Of a stretch of 33,393 bases of DNA, positions 1 to 9,972 are shown piece after piece. The stretch is from Armatimonadota bacterium (GTDB lineage Bacteria > Armatimonadota > Zipacnadia > Zipacnadales > UBA5352), in contig JAYENL010000248.1 in the NCBI GenBank assembly GCA_034722055.1, positions 1-33,393 on the forward strand. Reading direction: 5' to 3'. The notes under the pieces were generated by a model, which worked only from the letters and a program-made list of their open reading frames with translations, was not told the origin of the DNA and made no database searches. The translations under genes and the position numbers were made by a program. Numbering within the stretch: position 1 is the first letter of the stretch; each line of letters starts with the position of its first letter.

Positions 1-1451
1 AAGTCCAGCGGCATCTCCTGGGGCTCGGACCAGATACGGCCATCCTCGGACGTGCACCACATGCTCGGGCCCAGGCGATACGGATGGGTGGTCCCAGGGT
101 CGATGGGCACCTCCGTGCGCATGACGCAGACCCATCGGCCGCCGGACAGGCGCAGGATAGCGGGCTCCACGTAGGAGATGCGCCGCTCGGGATCAAAGGC
201 CACCGTAACGTAGTCGCCCCAGGTCCGGCCGCCGTCGCTCGACCACAGCAGGCCGGCCTCGGCGGGCGGGCGCCCGTCATGTCCGACCGTGGCCACCGCC
301 TGGTAGAGCCGGCCGTCCGGGTGGCGCTGGGCCGGGACCGTCACCGAGGAGCTGCCGGCCACCTGCACCATGCCCTCCGGCGCCCAGCCGCCGTGGGGGC
401 TGCCCCAGCGCACCGGATCGCTCCATGTGACGCCGCCGTCGTCGGAGGTGGTGGCGTAGTTGATGACCCCCCGGGTGCCGAAGGCCACGAGCTGCACCCA
501 GAAGGTCGCAAGCAGCCGCCCGTCCTCCAGTTGCGTGACGTAGCAGTGGCGGTCGTCCAGGGGCGTATCCACGAAGAGCCGCCGTCGCGTCCAGCTCTCG
601 CCCAGGTCATCGGACCACGCGCACCACAGCCGGCCGGAGCTGGGCATGGCCGCCCACGGCGGGGTCCCGTGCTGATTCTCCTCGATGAATGCGGTGAACA
701 GCCGGCCGTCTGCCATGGCCAGCAGGCTCGAGAACTCGAACATGCTGCGATTCTCGCCGGTGGAGGGGCAGACCTCGAACTGGGAGACGACCTCAAACTC
801 GCGCGCCGGCGGCTGACGATCCACCTTCTCCTGCACGGCCCACTCCCCTTTCACGTCCGGCGGCCCCACGGCTACCCAGTCGCTGAGGGCATGGTCGTCG
901 AACGAGTCCGCGAACAGCAGCGAACCGTCCTCGGGCGAGCGAACCTCGAACTCATCGAACTCGGCCAGCGCGGGGTCGAAGACCGTGACGCCCACCGCGC
1001 CCGCGTCGAGCTCGTCGAAGCCGCTCCCCTCGTACATGAGCTCCCCGTCGATCCACACTCGCACCTCCGGCCCGACGGCCCTCAGCCGCACGTGATACCA
1101 CTGGTTCGGCCGCGAGTCGAAGGGCACGTAGCGCGTGGTGGCGTAGTCGGAGACGCCTTCGATGACCTTCTCAACCCGGAAGTCCTGCTGGCCCGAGCGC
1201 AGCACCAGGCGGTAGAGATTGCCATCATCCACGTAGCGGAACACCAGCCCGAAGTGCGTCACCGCCGCGGACCGCCGCGGCGCAGCGGCCATCTCCAGGT
1301 CCGCGAAGCTGCGGTCGGCGACCAGGCAGGCGTGGTAGCCGCGCTCGGGGCCGTGGCTCCGGGGATAGAGCACGCCGTCGGCCTCCGCCCCAGTGCTCCA
1401 ACAGACGACGCTAAGACACAGCACGATGCCGATCCAGTGATGCCAGTTCAC
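1..1451 (-). CDS. Secreted sialidase-like/BNR (Asp-box) protein with an N-terminal lectin-like (DUF1080-like) domain; 3' end runs off the window
   Basis: Manual minus-strand translation from GTG at 1451, with an in-frame stop 3 codons upstream. It begins MNWHHWIGIVLCLSVVCWSTGAEA (signal-peptide-like), continues ...FGLVFRYVDDGNLYRLVL..., and contains Asp-boxes WSDDLGESW and WCTSEDGRIWSEP. The frame is open to the window edge, so it is absent from the ORF track. Confidence 0.75.
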   Translation of the reverse strand, partial: MNWHHWIGIVLCLSVVCWSTGAEADGVLYPRSHGPERGYHACLVADRSFADLEMAAAPRRSAAVTHFGLVFRYVDDGNLYRLVLRSGQQDFRVEKVIEGVSDYATTRYVPFDSRPNQWYHVRLRAVGPEVRVWIDGELMYEGSGFDELDAGAVGVTVFDPALAEFDEFEVRSPEDGSLLFADSFDDHALSDWVAVGPPDVKGEWAVQEKVDRQPPAREFEVVSQFEVCPSTGENRSMFEFSSLLAMADGRLFTAFIEENQHGTPPWAAMPSSGRLWCAWSDDLGESWTRRRLFVDTPLDDRHCYVTQLEDGRLLATFWVQLVAFGTRGVINYATTSDDGGVTWSDPVRWGSPHGGWAPEGMVQVAGSSSVTVPAQRHPDGRLYQAVATVGHDGRPPAEAGLLWSSDGGRTWGDYVTVAFDPERRISYVEPAILRLSGGRWVCVMRTEVPIDPGTTHPYRLGPSMWCTSEDGRIWSEPQEMPLD

Positions 1452-1518
1452 GGCTGCTCAGCTCTGCTGTCTTCAGGGCAAGCGGTTGCCCCCCTGCCAG
1501 GCCTTTCGGCTCACATGG

Positions 1519-1544
1519 TTCGCCGGCACTCGGAGAGCACCTGC
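1519..1544 (-). promoter_or_regulatory. Putative sigma-H-like promoter (GCAGG-N17-CGAA)
   Basis: Minus strand GCAGG tgctctccgagtgccgg CGAA, about 70 nt upstream of the 1451 start; the same motif recurs upstream of other genes. Confidence 0.5.
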
Positions 1545-1667
1545 GCCCGCGCAAGCGCCGCGGCCGACGCTCGCCGGAGGGCTGAGGCCACTGGAAGGTC
1601 GTGGCCGTCCGGTCCGGAAGCTGACCAGTACTGGCTGGATCACATGGGGCGTCAGGGGAGAGTTCCG

Positions 1668-3974
1668 ATGCGACTGCTGAGATACGTGGCGTGTGTCGGA
1701 GGGCTGCTGGCCCTCGTGCAGAGCGCGTCCGCGGTCACGCTGGTGCGCGACGGGCGTCCGACGGCGACCATCGTCACCGCCGCCGAGCCGGCGGACATCG
1801 AGCGTCAGGCTGCCGAGCAGCTCCAGGCCTACCTGCAGAGGATGAGTGGGGCAAAGCTGCCCATCGTGCACACTGACGACCTTCCCGACGGCGCGCTGGT
1901 GCTGGTCGGCAGGCACCCGGAGGCGCTGAAGCTCATGGGCCACGCGCTCAACGCCGACCGGCTGGGCTATGACGGCATCATCCTGCAGACCTTCCCTGGG
2001 AGGCTCGTCGTGCTCGGCCACCGGGGGCGCGGTCAGCTCTATGCCACCTATGACCTGCTGCGTCGGCTGGGCTGCCGGTTCTACCTGCCGCACCCCGACG
2101 GCGAGGTGGTGCCGAAGAGGCCGACCATCGAGATCGAGGGGCTGAACGTCGTCCACAGGCCGGACTTCATCCACCGGGTGCACTGGAACAACGGGAACGT
2201 GGCGCCCACGCTGGCGCACCCGGAATGGTACAGCGACTGGGCGGTCAAGAACTACCAGGGCGGGGTGCGGCTGATGCACGGACACAACTACCACGGCTTC
2301 TGCCCGGCGGACCGCTACTTCGACGAGCATCCGGAGTACTTCCCCCTGCTGGGCGAGGCGGGCCAGGAGCCGGTGCGCCAGAGGGGCGGTCAACTGTGCC
2401 TCTCCAATCCGGAGGTCGTGAACCTGGCGGCTCAGGGCGCCATGCAGGCCTTCGAGCGCGACCCCGACCTGGGCAGCTACTCGCTCAGCCCCAATGACAC
2501 GCACGGGTGGTGCCAGTGCGCCGACTGCCGGGCCATGGACAGCCCGGACCCGGAGGTGGGCTGGGCCTGGCGGGTGCTGCAGTTCAACAACCGCGTCGCC
2601 GAGCGCGTCTCCCAGCGCTTCCCCGACCGGCTGTTCATCTACTACGGGGAGTACGGGAACATGCCCGGCCCGCCGCTGGGCATGAAGGCCCATCCCAACG
2701 TGGTCGTGGCCATCGTCAACATCTACGACCTCATCCACGCCATCGACGACCCGACCAGCGAGCAGAACGCGGAGTACCGCAGGCGCCTGCAGCAGTGGAA
2801 CCAGACCGTGGAGGGCATCTTCGTCTACGAGTGGTACACCTACAGCGACCTGCCCTCCCCGCAGGTCTACGCGGTCGGCCCGCGGATCCGCTACTACCGC
2901 GACCTCGGCGTCATCGGCTACAGCGGCGAGGTGCTCAACCGCTCGCCCGACAACGATCTGTCGATGCACATTGCCAGCCAGATGCTCTGGGACGCCGACC
3001 GCGACCCGGATGCCATGCTCGACGAGTTCTTCAGGCTCTACTTCCGCGAGGCGGCCGAGGCGATGCGCCAGTACTACCGGATGCTGCACGAGGTCAGCTA
3101 CTTCTCGGACAACCACGGCGTCCGGGCGCCGCACAGCGCCTGGACCCCGGAGCTGATCGGGCGGCTCTACAGGCAGCTTGCGAGGGCCTTCGCCGCCGCC
3201 CAGCGCGAGGTGGTGATCCGCAGGCTGTGGCGCGAGCAGAAGTGCCTGGCGGCGGTGGATCGGCTGGCGACCGCCTACCGGTGCGCCGATGCCTGGGCCA
3301 GGGGCGACCGCGAGGCCCGCGAGCGCGGCAAGCGAGCGGTCGATGCCGCCGCCGGCTACCTGGATCGGATCGCCGATGAGGACATCCTCGCCGACACGTA
3401 CATCAAGAGGCGCGTGCTGCCCCTGAAGTCGGGGGTGCTCGAGGCCGAGCGTCCCGTCCCCGACAACAGCGCCCGGCATCAGCCCGGCTGGGACGACGAG
3501 AGCACCTTCGGCGATCTGTGGGATGGGCACGAGCTGATCGCCGATGCGCCCGAGGTGTGGCGCTTCAAGCTCGACCGCGAGGACGTGGGTGTGCAGCAGC
3601 AGTGGTACGCCGCGGACTACGACGACGGCTCCTGGGAGGACATCCGCATCCGGGAGTTCTGGGAGGCGCAGGGCTACGACTACGACGGCATCGCCTGGTA
3701 TCGCGTCGGCCTGCGCATTCCGGAGGAGGCGGCCGGGCGCCGGTTAATGCTCTACTTCGGAGCGGCCGACGAGCAGGCCTGGGTGTGGGTGAACGGGCGG
3801 AAGGCCGGCGAGCACACCGGCAACCGCCACCAGATCTGGGACAAGCGCTTCGCCGTGGAGGTCACCGACCTGGTGCAGCCCGGCCGGGAGAATCTGATCG
3901 CGGTGCGCGTCCGCGACGACGGCTACGCCGGCGGGCTCTGGAAGAGCGTCAAGCTCGTGGCGCCGAAGGAGTGA
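1668..3974 (+). CDS. Secreted DUF4838-family protein with N-terminal GH20/GH67-like N-domain and C-terminal GH2-type sugar-binding domain
   Basis: ATG at 1668 after AGGGGAG. Signal peptide MRLLRYVACVGGLLALVQSASA; motifs AAEQLQAYLQRMSGAKLPI, YFDEHPEYF, LCLSNPEV, SLSPNDTHGWCQCADC; C-terminal WRFKLD...YDGIAWYR...FGAADEQAWVWVNG...GGLWKSV. Confidence 0.8.
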   Translation: MRLLRYVACVGGLLALVQSASAVTLVRDGRPTATIVTAAEPADIERQAAEQLQAYLQRMSGAKLPIVHTDDLPDGALVLVGRHPEALKLMGHALNADRLGYDGIILQTFPGRLVVLGHRGRGQLYATYDLLRRLGCRFYLPHPDGEVVPKRPTIEIEGLNVVHRPDFIHRVHWNNGNVAPTLAHPEWYSDWAVKNYQGGVRLMHGHNYHGFCPADRYFDEHPEYFPLLGEAGQEPVRQRGGQLCLSNPEVVNLAAQGAMQAFERDPDLGSYSLSPNDTHGWCQCADCRAMDSPDPEVGWAWRVLQFNNRVAERVSQRFPDRLFIYYGEYGNMPGPPLGMKAHPNVVVAIVNIYDLIHAIDDPTSEQNAEYRRRLQQWNQTVEGIFVYEWYTYSDLPSPQVYAVGPRIRYYRDLGVIGYSGEVLNRSPDNDLSMHIASQMLWDADRDPDAMLDEFFRLYFREAAEAMRQYYRMLHEVSYFSDNHGVRAPHSAWTPELIGRLYRQLARAFAAAQREVVIRRLWREQKCLAAVDRLATAYRCADAWARGDREARERGKRAVDAAAGYLDRIADEDILADTYIKRRVLPLKSGVLEAERPVPDNSARHQPGWDDESTFGDLWDGHELIADAPEVWRFKLDREDVGVQQQWYAADYDDGSWEDIRIREFWEAQGYDYDGIAWYRVGLRIPEEAAGRRLMLYFGAADEQAWVWVNGRKAGEHTGNRHQIWDKRFAVEVTDLVQPGRENLIAVRVRDDGYAGGLWKSVKLVAPKE

Positions 3975-4002
3975 GCGGCTTGGCCGGCGGTCCTCGCGGA
4001 CA

Positions 4003-7000
4003 CTACTTCGGTCTGGCCAGGCTGACGGTGCCGTAGATGCCGCCCTTGGCGCTGGTGTCGCTGACCCGCACGGCGATGAGGTTCTGCTCGCCGACCTTCA
4101 CGAGATCACGCGGGACCTCCACCGCGAAGGGCTCGTCCCAGCCGTCGTGCTCCCCGATCTTCTCGCTGTTGAGGTAGACCCTCGCTGCGGCGTCCACGCC
4201 GCCGAAGCCCAGCAGCAGCGGCTCGGCCACGTCATCCTCCGTGATCTCCACCGACAGCCGATACCAGGCGATGCCGTCATAGCCCTCATAGCCCTGGCGC
4301 TCCCAGTACTGCCCGACGCTGATCTGCGCCCAGTCGCTGTCATCGAAGTCGGTCGCGAACCACTGCTCCTGCACTCCCACGTTCTCGGGGTCCAGCGCGA
4401 ACCTCCACTGCATGGGCAGCTCCCGGACCTCCTCGCCGACCGGGATGGGCGGCGGCTCGGCCAGCTCGCGGGCCCGCCGCAGGTCGTAGCGCCAGTGGTA
4501 GGAGCCGGGGGAGCAGATGCCCTCCCACTTGCGCCGGTCGCGCGTCACCTCATCGTGCAGCGCCTCCAGCGCCTCCAGGGCCTCGACCGCCAGCCGGTGC
4601 CGCTCCTCACCGGGGTCCTCTGCGAGTGCGCGGTCTTGCAGGTCCAGGTATTCGATGAAGCGCTCGGCGTATTCCTGGGAGGTCGCGACCTTCCTCAGGC
4701 GCGCGGACACCAGCCGGTCGTCGGCCCCCAGCCGCTGCGCCTCCTCCAGCCGGTCCCGCAGCCGGGCCACCAGCTCATCGGTGAAGATGACCCGCGGATC
4801 CCGGCCCACCAGCGAGCAGGTGCAGGTGTGCATCTCGGTGTCGGCGATGGCGTTGATCAGCGTGGTGTAGTACTGCGCCATCGGCTCGCTGGCGGGGCCG
4901 AAGAACTTCTCGTAGAGCTCGGCCAGCAGCGCGTCAACGTCCGCGTCGGCGTCCCAGAGCAGCTTCGCGCCGATGTAGTAGTTCAGGAAGGTGTTCCAGA
5001 CCTGACCGTACTGCGTGTACAGGCCCCGGCAGCCGAGCCCCCGGAAGTAGGGGATGTCGTGGCGGATGGCGTGAACGAGCTGCCAGGGGAAGTGCCGATT
5101 CCCGTCGCTGTGGTAGTACTCGTAGAAGTAGACATCCGGGATCAGGCGCTGCCAGTCGCGCAGGAGCCGATCGTACTGCACGTTCAGCGGGCAGTCCGGG
5201 TCATTCACGGGATGGACGTTGCAGTACTCCGTGTAGTGGCACAGCACCAGCGACAGCGCGGGGTGCGCCTGGAGGGACTGGTCCTTCGGCGGGCGGTTGT
5301 AGACATGATAGGCTCCGGCGAGGAGCCTGGCGTTGGGGTGGGTCCGCGTCAGCTCCTGGGCGACGCGGTTGTAGAACACCAGCGTCCGGCGCGACATGCT
5401 CTGATCGCGCGGCACCTCGCCCTCGTCATCGAGCGCCGTGCACCCAGGGCACTCGCAGTAGTAGCTGCCGTCGGTGTAGGAGAGGCTGACCATGTCCACG
5501 TCCGGCCCGGCGTCCAGCAGCGCCGCCATGTTCGCGGCGGTGCGATTCACCACTTCGGGGTTGGAGACGCAGGGCTTGGAGTCCCGGTCGCCGATGCGGC
5601 GGCCGTCCTGGAGCGCGAACCACTCGGGGTGCTCGTCGAAGTAGTCCTCGGCGTTCAGGAACCGATACTGCGAGTGGTAGATGCCCGGCTGCACGTTGAA
5701 GCCCCTGCCGATGCCCCCGGCGCTGCCATTGCACTTGTTCCGGTAGCTCCACTCGTCGCGCCCGATCCACCGCATGGCGAAGTCCGGCCGCTGCACCTCG
5801 TCGAGCTCCGGCACGATGACGTCGGAGGTATCCGGGACGACCTCGCCGATGCGGCCCGGCATGTACCACCGCACGCCCAACCGCTCCAGCAGCTCGCAGG
5901 CCCCGTAGAGCGTTGCGAAGTCATCCTCACCGCGAATCAGGATGTCCCGGCCAGCGGTCCTGAGCTCGAAGCCGGCTGTGCCCGCGGGCGGGTCGGCGTA
6001 GCTGTGCCCACCCACGGCGCCGATGAGGACGCGATTGCCTGTAGCCTCGGTCGCGTCGCGCACGATGGGCAGATAGGCGCCGCTCATCCGCTGGATGTAA
6101 AGCTGCAGGTCGCGGGCCGCCGTCTCCTCTCGCAGCGTAGGCTCGGCCGGAAGCACCAGCGTCGCCGCCGGCTGACCGTCGCTCACCAGCACCCGCTCGG
6201 GTGCCTCGACCACCTCCACCTGCAAGTCAGCCACCTCCAGATCCGCGATCGACTCCTGCAGCGCCGCCAGGGCCGCGTCGTTGGACTGATTGGCGAACTC
6301 CCACAGGGCCAGGTCGAAGGTCGCCTGCCCCGGCATGACCTCAAGTTCGGTCTCAATCTGGTAGCCGCCCACGTCCAGCATGGCGCGGGAGATCTGCCGG
6401 GGGTCGAAGAGCATCGCGCAGGGCCCTGAGGACTCGTCGGGCAGGTCAGCCTCGTCGAAGTGCTCGTCCATGCAGAACGCCCAGCACTCGCTGGGGGCCA
6501 GCAGCGCCCGCGCGCCGGCCTCAAGCTCCCGCTGCGCGGTCACGACGCGGCGGTCGCGGGGCTCGCCGAAGCTGGAGGGGAAACACCGCAGGCTCACCGC
6601 CACGGTATCGATTACGTCGTCCGCCGTGACCTGGCCGTGCACGGTCAGGTGGTCATCGCCATCTCTGCCGATGAAGAGGACGCTCACCGTGACCCCCGGC
6701 GGCCTCCAGGTCAGCCGGTATCCGGTCGCCGCCTCCCAGGTGAGGCGCTCGATGGTCGCCTTGTAGCCGCCCACCGAGGCGCCGTCAACCAGGATGTCCA
6801 GGAACCCCCCCGAGTAGAAGTTGCAGGAGGTGGGTCTGGTCATGCCCACGCCTACGCCGCCCTCGCGGGGCGAGACCTCGATCATCCGCGGATGGGCCTC
6901 TCTCTCGACGCACACGTGGTAGGTCAGGGCGTAGGGGGGATCGGTGTTCTCGAAGCTCAGCGAGGGCCAGCGGAGCGACGCATGGCCGTCGTGCATGCCG

Positions 7001-7143
7001 CCTTCGATCACGTAGGGCTCGCCCGGTCCCAGGTCCTCCACCGTCTGCGGCTCGCCGGCTGGGCGCGACAGGTACTGCTCGATGGTGGCTCCCTGGGTCG
7101 CCGTCGCTGCCATCAGGGCCAGCAGAGGCACGATGGTCCGCAC
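4003..7143 (-). CDS. Secreted DUF4838-family protein with an extra ~300-aa N-terminal domain and C-terminal GH2-type sugar-binding domain
   Basis: GTG at 7143 after GGAGGGAG. Signal peptide MRTIVPLLALMAATATQG; motifs LQLYIQRMSGAYLPI, YFDEHPEWF, PCVSNPEV, YCECPGC, YFYEYY; C-terminal WRFALDP...YDGIAWYR...GGIYGTV. Confidence 0.8.
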   Translation of the reverse strand: MRTIVPLLALMAATATQGATIEQYLSRPAGEPQTVEDLGPGEPYVIEGGMHDGHASLRWPSLSFENTDPPYALTYHVCVEREAHPRMIEVSPREGGVGVGMTRPTSCNFYSGGFLDILVDGASVGGYKATIERLTWEAATGYRLTWRPPGVTVSVLFIGRDGDDHLTVHGQVTADDVIDTVAVSLRCFPSSFGEPRDRRVVTAQRELEAGARALLAPSECWAFCMDEHFDEADLPDESSGPCAMLFDPRQISRAMLDVGGYQIETELEVMPGQATFDLALWEFANQSNDAALAALQESIADLEVADLQVEVVEAPERVLVSDGQPAATLVLPAEPTLREETAARDLQLYIQRMSGAYLPIVRDATEATGNRVLIGAVGGHSYADPPAGTAGFELRTAGRDILIRGEDDFATLYGACELLERLGVRWYMPGRIGEVVPDTSDVIVPELDEVQRPDFAMRWIGRDEWSYRNKCNGSAGGIGRGFNVQPGIYHSQYRFLNAEDYFDEHPEWFALQDGRRIGDRDSKPCVSNPEVVNRTAANMAALLDAGPDVDMVSLSYTDGSYYCECPGCTALDDEGEVPRDQSMSRRTLVFYNRVAQELTRTHPNARLLAGAYHVYNRPPKDQSLQAHPALSLVLCHYTEYCNVHPVNDPDCPLNVQYDRLLRDWQRLIPDVYFYEYYHSDGNRHFPWQLVHAIRHDIPYFRGLGCRGLYTQYGQVWNTFLNYYIGAKLLWDADADVDALLAELYEKFFGPASEPMAQYYTTLINAIADTEMHTCTCSLVGRDPRVIFTDELVARLRDRLEEAQRLGADDRLVSARLRKVATSQEYAERFIEYLDLQDRALAEDPGEERHRLAVEALEALEALHDEVTRDRRKWEGICSPGSYHWRYDLRRARELAEPPPIPVGEEVRELPMQWRFALDPENVGVQEQWFATDFDDSDWAQISVGQYWERQGYEGYDGIAWYRLSVEITEDDVAEPLLLGFGGVDAAARVYLNSEKIGEHDGWDEPFAVEVPRDLVKVGEQNLIAVRVSDTSAKGGIYGTVSLARPK

Positions 7144-7204
7144 TGTGCTCCCTCCGTTCCTCGCCCGCGAACACCTGGCTCGCAACGGCGAGTGACGTGC
7201 CGGG

Positions 7205-8386
7205 TCAGCGCGCTTGGAGGCTGTCCTCGCCGTCCGTCAGCCACTCGATGTTGAAGCGCGCGAAGGTGATCTTCTCGTAGCCTGGCGCTGCGTCGGATTG
7301 GCCGACATTCTCGTAAAGCAGCCCTGCGGTCCCGTCCGGAAGGATGGTCAGACAGGAGTAGGCGGCCGGGCCGGGGTTGACGACCTTGGACACCGGCCAG
7401 GTCTGGCCCTCATCGTAGCTCAGGCGCGCGGTCATGTTCGTCCGGCTGTCGGCGCTGGCGGGGTTGGCGAACAGCAGCCTGTTGTGGGCGTAGCCATTGC
7501 GCTCATCGGTCCAGCGGACGAAGCTCGCCTGGCAGCGGGGCTCGATGAGGGTCGTGTCATCCCGTATCTCCGACCAGGTCTGCCCGCCGTCGGTGGTGGT
7601 CGCCACGGCCCGGCAGTGGTGGCCGCGCATGCTCCGCATGTTCATCATCAGGGAGCCATCGACCAGCTCCACCACCTGGGACTCGTTCGTCCGCGGGCCC
7701 GGCGTCGCCGAGACGTGCCAGGTCTCGCCGTGGTCGTCGCTGTAGTAGAAGTGCGATGCGTCCTGGGCGAAGTCGCCGGCCCGTCGCCGGTAGCCGGGCG
7801 CGATCAGCCGGCCGTCGCGCGTCTGGATGCCCATCCCCGGCCCGGACATGGCGCCGATCCAGTCGGGCTGCTTGACGGCGGGCGTGAGGTCCATCGCCTC
7901 CGACCAGGTGCGGCCGTCATCATCGCTGTGAATGGCGTGCAGGAACAGCACGCGCCCCTTGTAGCCGGCGTGCGCGCCCTCAGTAAGCTCCGGGGCCTTC
8001 TCCTGCAGCACCTCCATACTGGGGTAGACATGATCGTAGAAGATCCAGATGCTGCCGGTCTGGCGGTCCACCAGCATGCAAGGATCGCCCGCCGCCATCT
8101 GGCCGGGCAGGTCAACCACCACCTGATGGTCCGTCCAGGTCCTGCCCATGTCCTCGCTGCGCTTGAGGGCCAGGTCGATGTTGTTGGGCGCGTCGCCGGG
8201 CCGGTCCACACGCGCGTCGCAGACCGCCAGCAGCGTGCCCTCGTTCGTGGTCACCAGCGCCAGGATGCGGTACTCGGCGACCCCATGCTCTCCGTGCACG
8301 AAAACGTCCGTCTCCTCAAACAGCGGCTCGGCGTTGGCCATGGCTGTCAGGCAGAAGATCGCGACCGCAATCGTGAGCGTCCTCAC
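7205..8386 (-). CDS. Exo-alpha-sialidase (GH33 family), secreted
   Basis: GTG start after a strong SD (AGGAGGAGG). YRI(L) motif; Asp-boxes SEDMGRTW, SDDDGRTW, SDDHGETW, TTDGGQTW, SYDEGQTW; catalytic-type motifs TNESQ, MNMRS, SRTN and AYS. Confidence 0.88.
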   Translation of the reverse strand: MRTLTIAVAIFCLTAMANAEPLFEETDVFVHGEHGVAEYRILALVTTNEGTLLAVCDARVDRPGDAPNNIDLALKRSEDMGRTWTDHQVVVDLPGQMAAGDPCMLVDRQTGSIWIFYDHVYPSMEVLQEKAPELTEGAHAGYKGRVLFLHAIHSDDDGRTWSEAMDLTPAVKQPDWIGAMSGPGMGIQTRDGRLIAPGYRRRAGDFAQDASHFYYSDDHGETWHVSATPGPRTNESQVVELVDGSLMMNMRSMRGHHCRAVATTTDGGQTWSEIRDDTTLIEPRCQASFVRWTDERNGYAHNRLLFANPASADSRTNMTARLSYDEGQTWPVSKVVNPGPAAYSCLTILPDGTAGLLYENVGQSDAAPGYEKITFARFNIEWLTDGEDSLQAR

Positions 8387-8466
8387 TTCCGCCTCTCCTC
8401 CTCCTGGAATGTGAACTCGATTGGCGATCAGGCGGCTACAGCCGCCGGCGTCCGGTTCGTCGCCTC

Positions 8467-8492
8467 TTCGTGCCTCGCGCGAGGAATCCTGC
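8467..8492 (-). promoter_or_regulatory. Putative sigma-H-like promoter (GCAGGATT...CGAA)
   Basis: Minus strand GCAGG attcctcgcgcgaggca CGAA (17-nt spacer), 80 nt upstream of the sialidase start. Confidence 0.55.
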
Positions 8493-8524
8493 AGGCCGGC
8501 AGGTCGCAGCCGAGGCGAGTCGCG

Positions 8525-9928
8525 CTACTGGCCCCGCACCTGCTGCACAATGCGATCGACGGCGCCCGCGATGCGGTCCTCCACGTCACCTGCCCAGCGC
8601 CACGCCGGCCGGCCGTACTCGTCGAGGTGCCGGCCGCCCTCGTAGCCGCCCTCCTCCCACACCCGCCGCGAGGGAATGTAGGCCACCATGTCATTGGCGT
8701 AGCCGCACACCCAGGCGCCAGGTCCGAGCTCGCGCTTGAAGCGCAGGGAGTAGTCCACCACCGCCTCACCGCCGATGCCGATCAGCAGCAGCTCCTCGCC
8801 GATCTGCCACGCCTGCACCGGGTAGGGATAGGAGGTCGGGAACTCCACGCCCTCGTCGAGCAGCTTCAGCATCCGCCTGGCCCACCGCGCGTGCAGTGCG
8901 CTGTCGCCATTCGCGACCGGCAGCAGCGTCTCGCGGGTCGCGACCTCATCGTAGTCCAGGTCCACGAACTCAAAGGCCGTCTCGATGCCCGCCGAGACCG
9001 GCTGCATCTCTTCCGACAGGACCTCCTCCACCGCGTCGGAGAGCATCCTGCCGTAGCGCTCCGCCAGCTCCAGCTTCCGGCGCGGGATGGGATTCTGATC
9101 CCCGCCGCAGGCGTTGAAGAACATGGCCGCGGCGCCAGGATGGCCCTCCTCCAGGTTGATCTGAGCGAATCCCGGATAGTCGCCGCACCACTTCGTGAAG
9201 CTGAGTGTGGTGGGGTGGCAGGCGTATCCGAAGAGCACCGCCAGCAGCTCGTCATCCTCGCCTCGGACGGCCAGGACCGGGACGTAGTGATCCACGGGAC
9301 CCTTCAGCGGCGTGCCCTCCGCGCGCATCTCGGGCACCTCGGCCTCCGGGTTCTCGCGGCGGTTGACGGCGAAGGTGCACAGGCCCTCGCCCATTGCCAG
9401 CCGGGCCGGCTGCCAGCTCTGCAGCGCCTCGCCGACCGCCTCCACCACCTGCTGCTCCATCCAATCCGAGTACTCATTCACCAGCCGGCGCTGCTGCTCA
9501 TCGCTGGGGTAGTAGTCCACCAGGTCGTCGCGCAGGCACGGCCCGCAGTGGTTGTGGGAGTAGGTGAGCATGAACTCGGAGCGCTGCAGCCCGAAGCGCT
9601 GATGCATCTGCGCGTAGAGGCTTTCGTAGATCGTCTTGGACATGCCCATGTGGTCCGTGGTGACCATGACGGCTCGCTTGCCGTCCGGTGCCCTCAGGGT
9701 CAGGACCTTCGCCCACAGGTCATGGATCGTGCCGTCCGGCACGCGCTTGGTCCCGTAGCCGGCGAGCCACACCTGGGTCTGTGGCGTGATGACGCGACGC
9801 CCGATGCCGACCTCCCAGCTCATGTCGTCTGCCCTCCCATCGATGGCGGATGAGACCAGGATAAGCACGCACGCCGCGAGCCCGCCCAGCGCGCGACCCG
9901 CACGTTTGAGTGAGCATCGATGCCCCAT
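8525..9928 (-). CDS. Neutral/alkaline ceramidase-family (CDase N-terminal fold) hydrolase
   Basis: ATG at 9928 (alternative ATG at 9823). Motifs GIGRRVITP..LAGYG, HDLWAKVL, SHNHCGP, GYACHPT, GDYPG, GYANDMVAYIPS and EGGYE are typical of this family. Confidence 0.78.
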   Translation of the reverse strand: MGHRCSLKRAGRALGGLAACVLILVSSAIDGRADDMSWEVGIGRRVITPQTQVWLAGYGTKRVPDGTIHDLWAKVLTLRAPDGKRAVMVTTDHMGMSKTIYESLYAQMHQRFGLQRSEFMLTYSHNHCGPCLRDDLVDYYPSDEQQRRLVNEYSDWMEQQVVEAVGEALQSWQPARLAMGEGLCTFAVNRRENPEAEVPEMRAEGTPLKGPVDHYVPVLAVRGEDDELLAVLFGYACHPTTLSFTKWCGDYPGFAQINLEEGHPGAAAMFFNACGGDQNPIPRRKLELAERYGRMLSDAVEEVLSEEMQPVSAGIETAFEFVDLDYDEVATRETLLPVANGDSALHARWARRMLKLLDEGVEFPTSYPYPVQAWQIGEELLLIGIGGEAVVDYSLRFKRELGPGAWVCGYANDMVAYIPSRRVWEEGGYEGGRHLDEYGRPAWRWAGDVEDRIAGAVDRIVQQVRGQ

Positions 9929-9972
9929 TGCCCTGCCTCCGTAGACTCGCCTCACGGCCAGAGTCTCGGCGC

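Noticed and set aside
84..1667. N-terminal 528 aa of the 1296-aa ORF 84..3974
   Set aside because: It is mostly the in-register antisense shadow of the minus-strand gene 1..1451, joined through a stop-free intergenic region. The real gene starts at 1668 with an SD and signal peptide.
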